The notes below the pieces were generated by a model. It made no database searches and had not been told where the DNA came from. It worked only from the letters and a program-made list of their open reading frames with translations. A stretch of 64,000 bases of DNA, from contig CAVPQB010000004.1 in NCBI GenBank assembly GCA_963707505.1, positions 736,001-800,000 on the forward strand, in the 5' to 3' direction. Of the stretch, positions 50,217 through 62,066 are shown piece after piece. Source of the DNA: an uncultured Gemmatimonadales bacterium (lineage in GTDB: Bacteria; Gemmatimonadota; Gemmatimonadetes; Gemmatimonadales; Gemmatimonadaceae). Made by a program: the position numbers and the translations under genes. Each line of letters opens with the position of its first letter. The stretch's first letter is position 1.

Positions 50217-51437
50217 TCAGGAAGCCGCGATGCTCCGCATTATCTCGTCGGCTGATGCATCCACTCGGCGCGCGGTGAACACGCGGAGCCAGCGCGCGGA
50301 ACGATACAGTTCTTCGGACAGTCGCGGAAGATTTATCGCGCCGGAGATTCCGCGATTGGTGAGTGTCTCGACGGTTGCATCGCGTCGCAATACTGCTATG
50401 TCCAGTCCGAGCATCTGGGTCTTCTCGGGATAGTCCAGCAACAGCTCGCCGCTCTTCAACCCGAGCATCGAGCCCAGTGCATTCTCCGCGGCACGCGTGC
50501 GCTTTCGATCGTTGCCGATCCAGTCGCCGAATCCGTCGTCGAGCTCGGATGCAGGCCATTCGGCCACGCGCTTGAAGAGGTGGCGTGAGCGAAGCGCTGC
50601 GAGCAGTGGCGACGGCGCACGATCCTGCAGGAAGTAGAGCAACCCTTCATCGGTGAAGCTGACGAGCTTCTCCTGCGTCAGCGTTCCGCTCCCGCATGCG
50701 TCTTCCACCACACGCTTGTACATCGCCGTAGCGCTACGTACTGCGTGATGCCAGTAAACGTTGCGGTACATCTGGTACTTCGCGAACAGCAGTGATTCCA
50801 GCGCGGACAAGCCCTTCTCGGCGACTCCGACAGTCTGGAGTCCCGTGACTGGATCGCCGACGAGCACCATCGAGTTGATCAGCCGATCCACATCGATCTC
50901 GCCGTATGCGACACCGCACATGTGTGCATCGCGCTTCAAGTATTCGATCTTGTCGAGATCGAGCGATCCCGATACCAGTCCCTGAAGCGGGGAATCTGCC
51001 TCACCCCGGATGAGCGCGATGATGCGCTCGGGGGCGTTCTCCCCGATGCGCGAGCGGAGAATCGACGCGACGGGGCCGGTTGTCACGAGCGCTGTCGCTA
51101 CCTCCTCGTGATTGGTCGCGCCAATCTCTTCCAGAGCGTGCGAGAACGGATAGTGGCCGACGTCGTGCAGCAGCGCCGCAATGGTAGTTATCGTGCATTC
51201 TTCTTCGGGGACATCGGCGATCCCGCGCTCGCGCAGCAGGCCGATCGCAATACGACACAGGTGATACGCGCCGAGCGCGTGCTCGAAGCGTGTGTGCGTC
51301 GCGCCGGGATAGACGAGATACGCGAGCCCCAACTGCCGGACATAACGAAGGCGCTGGAATACCGGCGTGTCCACCAGTTCCAGCGCCAACGAGTCGAGGC
51401 GAATGTTGTTCCAGATAGGGTCGCGGATGATTTCCAT
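50217..51437 (-). CDS. HD-domain phosphohydrolase (SAMHD1/dNTPase-like)
   Basis: IRDPIW, FQRLRYVRQLG, HTRFEHALG, LLHDVGHYPFSH, DLDKIEYL.RD and MYRNVYWH. Confidence 0.9.
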   Translation of the reverse strand: MEIIRDPIWNNIRLDSLALELVDTPVFQRLRYVRQLGLAYLVYPGATHTRFEHALGAYHLCRIAIGLLRERGIADVPEEECTITTIAALLHDVGHYPFSHALEEIGATNHEEVATALVTTGPVASILRSRIGENAPERIIALIRGEADSPLQGLVSGSLDLDKIEYLKRDAHMCGVAYGEIDVDRLINSMVLVGDPVTGLQTVGVAEKGLSALESLLFAKYQMYRNVYWHHAVRSATAMYKRVVEDACGSGTLTQEKLVSFTDEGLLYFLQDRAPSPLLAALRSRHLFKRVAEWPASELDDGFGDWIGNDRKRTRAAENALGSMLGLKSGELLLDYPEKTQMLGLDIAVLRRDATVETLTNRGISGAINLPRLSEELYRSARWLRVFTARRVDASADEIMRSIAAS

Positions 51438-51492
51438 GACCCGAAAGCTAACTCCGGCAGAGATGCACGGTGTTAGCCATGCTGTCCGTTCG

Positions 51493-53071
<1,579 letters not shown>

Positions 53072-53102
53072 CTATGTTCTCTTCAATTGAATGTGAATGT
53101 GG

Positions 53103-55376
<2,274 letters not shown>

Positions 55377-55562
55377 CTAAGGCTTCCAAAGATCGCACTC
55401 CGAGGGGTCGTGGCGCCACCCTGCGGCCATTTTGCGCGCGGTGACGGTGCCAGGGCGCCCTGGGATGAGGGAGACGGCTCCGCGGCGCGCAGCGAGCGGC
55501 GGCGCGGTGTAGCGTTTTGCCCACTGGTGCGTAATACGTGTGCTGGTATACGATTAGACCGG

Positions 55563-55922
55563 ATGCTCAGACCGACCCAAAGCGTACGACGTAATAGCGG
55601 GCGGTGGGGATGGCGGCTGGCAGCTGTGCTGGCCATCCTTGCCCAATGCTGGATAGCGGTGGCTCCTCTTTCAGAGAGCCGCGGCTTTGGGCTATCCGCG
55701 CACGTCGAGGCGACGGGAAACCATCGGGGTCATTTCACGCACGACGCTGCGTCGTGCGCCGCGTGCTCCGTGCTGTCGCTCCACGCATTGAGCTCGCATC
55801 CGGCGGCGGTCCCGGTGCCGCCCGGCCAGCCGGTCTTCCGGGCGGTCACTACCGCTGAAGCGTGGATCGAAGCAGTTCAGCTTAAATCGGTCCAGCCCAG
55901 GGCGCCTCCCGCGTCTGTGTAG
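55563..55922 (+). CDS. DUF2946/CruR-like leader protein 1 (CxxC + RAPP), putative metal-sensing arrest peptide
   Basis: 119 aa: basic then hydrophobic N-terminus, HVEATGNH..H..HDAASCAAC, Pro-rich linker, RAPPASV-stop. Ends 74 nt before the TolC-family gene. Confidence 0.75.
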   Translation: MLRPTQSVRRNSGRWGWRLAAVLAILAQCWIAVAPLSESRGFGLSAHVEATGNHRGHFTHDAASCAACSVLSLHALSSHPAAVPVPPGQPVFRAVTTAEAWIEAVQLKSVQPRAPPASV

Positions 55923-55996
55923 TCCACGTCCGGTAGTCCGCGTGCATTTCCGCACGCGTGTGCATGCGGGCGTGTCAACACAACGAGAGAGATCGC

Positions 55997-57268
55997 ATGT
56001 CCCTAGCACGCTGGACTGCGCTGCTCGCACTCTGTGCAAGCAGCGCGTCTGCCCAACAACGTCCCGATACCCTGCTACTGACTCGCGCGGCCGCGATCCA
56101 GCTGGCGCTGGAGCACAATCCGCAGCTCGACGTCGCGCGGGAGCAGATCGCCGAGTTTCGCGCAGCCAGGGTTCAGGCTGTCGCAATCCCCGATCCGGCA
56201 GTCACGGCTTCGCTGGATGGGCAGCCAGGCCTGTTCCGCTCTTCAGCCACAGGCCAGAAGAATGTCGGTGCAACGCTGCAGGTTCCCTTTCCTGACAAGT
56301 TCCGTTTGCGCGGTAACGTTGCCGGCGCCGACATACGCAACGCGCAGGCGAACTATACGGCGCTTCAGCGTCAGATCGCTGCGCAGACCGCCGAGCAATA
56401 CGATTCGCTGTTGGTGGCGCTGCGACATCGAACGGATTTTACCGAGGCACAGACGCTCGCGAACGACTTTCTCAAGCGCACCCAGGCGCGGTTCGACGCA
56501 GGAACGGCGCCGCGACTCGACGTCATCAAGGCGCAGGTGGACGTTGCGGCGGCGACCAACGATTTGATATCGAACGAGCGCGCGATCGCGAACGCCTCAT
56601 CAGGATTGAATCGCTTCATGGGGCGCTCGCTTGGCGCTCCAATTGTCGCGACGGATTCGCTGACGGTGCCGCCGTCGCTTCCATCGGTAGATGTGCTCGA
56701 GCGCGAGGCGTTGAACGCGCGGCCGGAGCTCGCAGGTCTGATGGCGCAGCGCAAGGGAGCACACTCGGCCACGACTCTCGCGCGTGAATTCTGGCTTCCC
56801 GACCTCACCCTCGGCGTTTCGCGCGACGTGTCAGGCAACAGTGGGCCGGGAGTTTTCTCTACCGGCCTCGCATTTCCGCTTCCGTTGCTGTTCTGGCAGC
56901 ACACTAAGGGTGAGGTGAGCCAGTCCCTGCACTTCGAGCGTGAGTTGGCCGCGTCGTACCGCGATCTCGAAGCGGAAGTTGGCCAGGACGTGCGAAACGC
57001 ATACGCGGCAGCGAGCACTTCACTACGGCAGGCGATCTACATACGTGATCAGCTGCTTCCATCCGCACGTGAAGCTTACCGGTCGACAGCGGCGAGCTAC
57101 GCGATCGGCGGATCGTCGGCGTTTGAAGTCATCGACGCGCGCCGCACTCTGCTCGATGCGCAGAGTCAGTATTCCGACGCACTGGCCGCGGCCAACACAT
57201 CCAGATCCGATCTGGAACGCGCGGTAAGTGTGCCACTCGAAACCATCGCTTCCGGACCGAACCAATGA
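55997..57268 (+). CDS. TolC-family outer membrane efflux protein (CzcC-like)
   Basis: Signal peptide, AIQLALEHNPQL, RFDAG..PRLDV and Y..G.SS.FEVIDARR. First gene of the RND operon. Confidence 0.9.
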   Translation: MSLARWTALLALCASSASAQQRPDTLLLTRAAAIQLALEHNPQLDVAREQIAEFRAARVQAVAIPDPAVTASLDGQPGLFRSSATGQKNVGATLQVPFPDKFRLRGNVAGADIRNAQANYTALQRQIAAQTAEQYDSLLVALRHRTDFTEAQTLANDFLKRTQARFDAGTAPRLDVIKAQVDVAAATNDLISNERAIANASSGLNRFMGRSLGAPIVATDSLTVPPSLPSVDVLEREALNARPELAGLMAQRKGAHSATTLAREFWLPDLTLGVSRDVSGNSGPGVFSTGLAFPLPLLFWQHTKGEVSQSLHFERELAASYRDLEAEVGQDVRNAYAAASTSLRQAIYIRDQLLPSAREAYRSTAASYAIGGSSAFEVIDARRTLLDAQSQYSDALAAANTSRSDLERAVSVPLETIASGPNQ

Positions 57269-58413
57269 GCATGAAGTCATTCTGTTTGATTGCTGGCCTC
57301 GTTCTCTTGTCGGCTTGTGGAGGGTCGGATGAATCAGCGAATACGGTGACGCCGGCATCGGCCAAGCCATCCAACCTTACACTCACAGCGGAACAACAGG
57401 CGCGTATTCATCTGGACACCATTGCTCCGTCGAAGTTTTATCCCAGCGTATCGACGACCGGTACCGTCGCGTTCAACGGCGACAGGTCGACGCAGGTGCT
57501 GTCACCGGTTTCGGGTCCCGTGACCAAACTGCTCGTGCAGCCGGGTACTGTAGTCGCGAGCGGCACCGCACTGGCAACGGTTTCGTCTCCCGACTTCGCG
57601 GCAGCCGTAGGAAGCTATCGCAAGGCGGTTGTGACGGCGACCAACCTTCAGCGGATCGCCGACCAGGACGTGCAACTCTTCAAGACCGACGCGCTGTCGC
57701 GTCGGGATCTCGAGCAGGCCCAGACCGACGCCGCGTCTGCGGTCGCTGACAGAGAAGCGGCGCTGGAGCAGATCAGATCCCTTGGCATCGACCCGGCCGT
57801 AATCGCGAACGCGACGAACGGTGGCAGTACTGGAGCAGTGCCGGGTGTAATTCGTGCGCCGATTGCCGGAACGGTCGTCGAGCGACTCATCACACCAGGA
57901 CAGTTGCTCCAGGCAGGGGGAACGCCAGCGTTTACCATCGCGGACCTGTCGACTGTATGGGTGATGGCGAACGTGTTCGAGTCCGATCTCGCGAGCGTGC
58001 ACAAGGGCGAGCACGTGACCGTGACTAGCGCAGTGAGTCCAACGCCGTTCGACGGCACTGTCGACTACGTCGGTGCACTGGTCGATTCTTCCACTCGCGC
58101 GACATCCGTACGCCTTGTGGTGCGCAATCGCGATGATCTGCTGAAGCGAGACATGTACGTCAATGTCGCGATCAGGGGCGATCGCCAGAAGTCGGGAATT
58201 CTTGCACCGGTAGATGCCGTGCTTCGCGACGATCAGAATCTTCCGTTCGTCTTTGTCGCGACCGGCAATTCGCCAAATGTGCAGTACGCGCGGCGCAGCG
58301 TCACACTCGGCGCGCGTATCGGCGATGACTACGAGATACTGTCCGGACTGAATCCCGGTGACCGTGTGGTTGCAGAGGGTGCGTTGTTCCTGCAGTTCGC
58401 GGAGAGCCTGTGA
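57265..58413 (+). CDS. RND periplasmic adaptor subunit (CzcB/CusB-like)
   Basis: LSAC lipobox, biotinyl-lipoyl halves (SPVSG, IRAPIAGTV), IADLSTVWV.ANVFE and GL.PGDRVV..G. Confidence 0.92.
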   Translation: MSMKSFCLIAGLVLLSACGGSDESANTVTPASAKPSNLTLTAEQQARIHLDTIAPSKFYPSVSTTGTVAFNGDRSTQVLSPVSGPVTKLLVQPGTVVASGTALATVSSPDFAAAVGSYRKAVVTATNLQRIADQDVQLFKTDALSRRDLEQAQTDAASAVADREAALEQIRSLGIDPAVIANATNGGSTGAVPGVIRAPIAGTVVERLITPGQLLQAGGTPAFTIADLSTVWVMANVFESDLASVHKGEHVTVTSAVSPTPFDGTVDYVGALVDSSTRATSVRLVVRNRDDLLKRDMYVNVAIRGDRQKSGILAPVDAVLRDDQNLPFVFVATGNSPNVQYARRSVTLGARIGDDYEILSGLNPGDRVVAEGALFLQFAESL

Positions 58414-61400
58414 CCCCTCCCGATTCCAATGGTTCGCCGGACGGGTCCGGCGCAAACCATCCACGGAGTGCGCTTCCACAGATAGAGGAGCCCGGTTTGG
58501 CGGAGGGCGCGGCACAATCGTTTGTGAATCGTGTCGTCGCGGCGTCGCTGGCACAGCCACTGTTGACCGGCATTCTCGCGATTGTGTTGATAGGCGTCGG
58601 TGCGTGGTCGTTTTCCCGCCTTCCTGTGGATGCGTATCCCGATGTTTCGCCGCCGATGGTCGAGATCATATCTCAGTGGCCCGGCCATGCTGCGGAAGAG
58701 GTGGAGCGACTGATAACCGTACCCGTCGAAGCTGGTATGAACGGCACGCCGAACCTGAAGGTCATGCGCTCGGTTTCGTTGTACGGACTGTCCGATGTGA
58801 CGATGACTTTCGAGGATCGGACCGACACGTATTTCGCACGGCAGCAGGTGTTCGAGCGCATACCGGATCTGAGCCTGCCTGACGGTGTGTCGTCGTCCGT
58901 CGCGCCGATGTCGTCGCCATCGGGGCTGGTTTATCGATACGTGGTCCAGAGCCCTGACCGCACGCCGATGCAGCTCAAGAACATTCAGGACTGGATCCTG
59001 GAAAAGCAGTACAAGGCGGTTCCTGGTGTTGCCGACATGTCGTCGCTTGGCGGCCAGACGATGCAGTATCAGGTGCTCATCGATCCCACCAAGCTTGCCG
59101 GCGCCGGACTCAACGTGTCCACGCTGGCGAACGCGCTTGGCAACAACAATGGGAACGCGGGCGGCGGCTTCTACTCTGAGGGCGGGCAGTTCTACTACGT
59201 TCGCGGACTCGGCCGAATCAACACTCTTGAGGACATCGCAAACACCGTAGTCGCCGTGCAGAACGGGACACCGGTGCTGGTGAAGGACGTCGGCTCCGTC
59301 GAGATCGGTTATGCGCCGCGGCTCGGTCAGTTCGGCTTCAACGACCAGAACGACGCCGTGGAAGGCGTGATCCTGATGCGCACGGGCGAGCAAGCGCAGA
59401 CGGTGCTCAAGCGCGTCGAACAGAAAACGAACGAGCTCAACACCACAGTTCTTCCGAAGGATGTGAAGGTCGTCCCATTCTACGATCGCAGCGATCTCAT
59501 ACAGCTCACGACCAAGACGGTGGAGGACAATCTCCTCCGCGGTATCATCCTCGTAGTGGTGATTCTGATCTTCTTCCTGTACGACATCCGCTCGGGGCTC
59601 ATCGTCGCGGTATCGATACCGCTGGCGTTGATGTTCGCGTTCATCTGCCTGGATCTCAAGGGCATTCCGGCGAATCTGCTGTCGATCGGAGCGATCGACT
59701 TCGGAATCCTGGTGGATGGCGCCGTAGTGATGGTCGAAAACATCCACCGGCAACTGGCGCGACGACACGGCACCGCGTATGACATAAAGACGGTGATAAC
59801 GGAAGCCGCCGCGGAAGTGGATCGTCCAATCGTGTACGCGATAGCTGTGATCATTGCAGGTTTCTCGCCGATCTACGTCCTTACTGGACCGTCAGGCAGG
59901 CTGTTCAAGCCGATGGCGGATACCACGATCTTTGCTTTGATAGGATCGTTACTGGTGACCATCACGCTTCTTCCGGTGGTGTGTGCGGTGGTGTTGCGCG
60001 GCGGTGTGAAGGAACGCCGGAACGCGACCTTCGAATGGATCCTCCTGCAATACAGGCGCGGTCTGGAATGGAGTCTCCGGCACGCGAAGCTCGTACTGTG
60101 GGGATCGATTGCGATCGGCGTTGCATGCTTGCTGATTATCACGCGGATCGGTGGCGAGTTCATGCCCAAGCTCGACGAGGGTGCGCTCTGGGTTCGAGCG
60201 ACTATGCCGTACACGATCTCGTTCGAGGAGTCCTCGAAGATCGTCCCGCAGATAAGGGCGATCATCAAGTCGTTCCCCGAAGTCACACTGGTAGCGTCTG
60301 AGCACGGACGTCCGGATGACGGAACCGACGCAACGGGATTCTTCAACGCCGAATTCTACGTTGGGCTCAAGCCGTACGGAGAGTGGCACGGCAAGTATCG
60401 CACAAAGCCGGAGCTGATCGCGGCCATCGATCAGAAGTTGCGCGCCTATCCTGGAATCACGTTCAACTATACCCAGCCGGCGGAAGATGCCGTCGACGAA
60501 GCCGAGACGGGCCTCAAGAGCTCGCTCGACGCGAAGATATTCGGGACCGATCTGAAAGTGCTGCAGGAGCGGGGAACACAGATCAAGAAGGTGCTTGATC
60601 AGGTGCGCGGTATCAATCAGGTTACGCTCGTTCAGGAGCTGGGCCAGCCGGCGCTGACTGTAACCGCGGATCGCGCGAAGATGGCGCGCTACGGTCTCAA
60701 CGTTTCGGATGTGAATGGGCTGATCGAGGCCGCTGTCGGCGGCGCGGCGGCAACGCAGGTCGTGCAGGGAGAGCAGTTATACGACCTGGTTGTGCGGTTG
60801 CAACCGCAGTTCCGTGAGACGGCCGACGAGATCGGCAACATTCTCATCGCGACGCCGAGCGGCGCACAGATCCCGCTTCGCGAGGTAACGACGCTCAAGA
60901 TCGATAACGGCGCGTCGTTCATCTACCGACAGGACAACTCGCGGTACATCGGTCTGCAGTATTCCGTGACCGGGCGCGATCTGGCCGGTGCAGTGGATGA
61001 TGCGCGAGCGCAGGTCGCGCGAAAGGTGAAGCTGCCGCCCGGTTACTCGATAGTCTGGGGTGGCGAGTTCGAAGAGTACACGGCCTCGCGTCGTCAGCTG
61101 CAGATAGTGTTGCCGCTGACGCTCGCGGTGATTTTCATCCTGCTATTCGCGTTGTATCGGAACTTCAAATTTCCATTCATCACCGTCGCCGGTGTGCTCC
61201 TCTCTGCGCCACTCGGCGGACTGGTTGCGTTGTGGATATCCGGGACTCCATTCTCGGTCTCGTCCGGGATCGGCTTTCTCGCGTTATTCGGTGTATCCGT
61301 GCAGACGGCCGTGGTCTACATCTCCTACGCCAACGAGCTGCGGATCGGCGGTCTTGGAATCTCGGAGGCGACGCTGGACGCTGCACTGCTGCGATTGAGA

Positions 61401-61598
61401 CCGATCATGATGACGGCACTCGTTGCGGCGCTGGGACTGCTTCCTGCAGCGTTTTCTACGGGAGTGGGATCTGATTCCCAGCGACCATTCGCGATGGTGA
61501 TCGTGGGCGGCCTCTTTTCGCGTCTTCTGCTGAGTGTGTTCCTGATGCCAGTATTGTACCTGATGGTGTCGCGCGATAACGACGAGCTGCACGTCTAG
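58410..61598 (+). CDS. CzcA/CusA family heavy-metal efflux RND permease
   Basis: LPVDAYPDVS, AEEVERLIT, SIGAIDFGILVDGAVVMVEN, EFMPKLDEG and RLRPIMMTALVA.LGLLP. Confidence 0.95.
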   Translation: MTPPDSNGSPDGSGANHPRSALPQIEEPGLAEGAAQSFVNRVVAASLAQPLLTGILAIVLIGVGAWSFSRLPVDAYPDVSPPMVEIISQWPGHAAEEVERLITVPVEAGMNGTPNLKVMRSVSLYGLSDVTMTFEDRTDTYFARQQVFERIPDLSLPDGVSSSVAPMSSPSGLVYRYVVQSPDRTPMQLKNIQDWILEKQYKAVPGVADMSSLGGQTMQYQVLIDPTKLAGAGLNVSTLANALGNNNGNAGGGFYSEGGQFYYVRGLGRINTLEDIANTVVAVQNGTPVLVKDVGSVEIGYAPRLGQFGFNDQNDAVEGVILMRTGEQAQTVLKRVEQKTNELNTTVLPKDVKVVPFYDRSDLIQLTTKTVEDNLLRGIILVVVILIFFLYDIRSGLIVAVSIPLALMFAFICLDLKGIPANLLSIGAIDFGILVDGAVVMVENIHRQLARRHGTAYDIKTVITEAAAEVDRPIVYAIAVIIAGFSPIYVLTGPSGRLFKPMADTTIFALIGSLLVTITLLPVVCAVVLRGGVKERRNATFEWILLQYRRGLEWSLRHAKLVLWGSIAIGVACLLIITRIGGEFMPKLDEGALWVRATMPYTISFEESSKIVPQIRAIIKSFPEVTLVASEHGRPDDGTDATGFFNAEFYVGLKPYGEWHGKYRTKPELIAAIDQKLRAYPGITFNYTQPAEDAVDEAETGLKSSLDAKIFGTDLKVLQERGTQIKKVLDQVRGINQVTLVQELGQPALTVTADRAKMARYGLNVSDVNGLIEAAVGGAAATQVVQGEQLYDLVVRLQPQFRETADEIGNILIATPSGAQIPLREVTTLKIDNGASFIYRQDNSRYIGLQYSVTGRDLAGAVDDARAQVARKVKLPPGYSIVWGGEFEEYTASRRQLQIVLPLTLAVIFILLFALYRNFKFPFITVAGVLLSAPLGGLVALWISGTPFSVSSGIGFLALFGVSVQTAVVYISYANELRIGGLGISEATLDAALLRLRPIMMTALVAALGLLPAAFSTGVGSDSQRPFAMVIVGGLFSRLLLSVFLMPVLYLMVSRDNDELHV

Positions 61599-61599
61599 G

Positions 61600-61980
61600 G
61601 TGCCGTTTCGGATGATGGCAACTGGTGCAGGCGCGCGCGGGCGGCCGCGGGGACTCAGAGTCTTCGCGCTCGCCTTCGCGTTGCTGCAGTTCGGCCTTCA
61701 GGGGACGTTTGCGGTCAGCGACGGCTACGAAGAGCAGGCCAGTTCGCACGTCGCGCCCGTTCACGCCGAGATACCGGGCAATCACCACCATCGCCTGCAC
61801 GACAGCGATTGTGTCGTCTGTCACGTCCTTGCGACTGGCTCGACGGTGCCCCCGCGCGCAGTTCCAGCGTGGCTCGACGCCGAGCGTGTTTCGGTCGCGC
61901 CTCCGACCGAGATCGGTGCACGTCCCTACGCCCTCGTTGCCGGCTCCCGGCTCGCTCGCGCACCGCCGGTGAAAGTGTGA
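61600..61980 (+). CDS. DUF2946/CruR-like leader protein 2 (CxxC + RAPP), putative metal-sensing arrest peptide (start 61600-61615)
   Basis: Basic then hydrophobic N-terminus, HAEIPGNHHHRLHDSDCVVC, Pro-rich linker, RAPPVKV-stop. Ends 86 nt before a TonB-dependent receptor. Confidence 0.78.
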   Translation: MPFRMMATGAGARGRPRGLRVFALAFALLQFGLQGTFAVSDGYEEQASSHVAPVHAEIPGNHHHRLHDSDCVVCHVLATGSTVPPRAVPAWLDAERVSVAPPTEIGARPYALVAGSRLARAPPVKV

Positions 61981-62066
61981 TCTGAAGGTGGAGGCAGAGC
62001 CTCCGCCATGGATTTACGTCGCCGCCACTTTCTGGCGGCGCGATCACACTATCGCATTCAAAATTC

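Noticed and set aside
50217..51437. HD protein as an anti-phage dNTPase
   Set aside because: It sits directly after maeB-pckA in a housekeeping context with no defence genes, so sequence alone gives no support.
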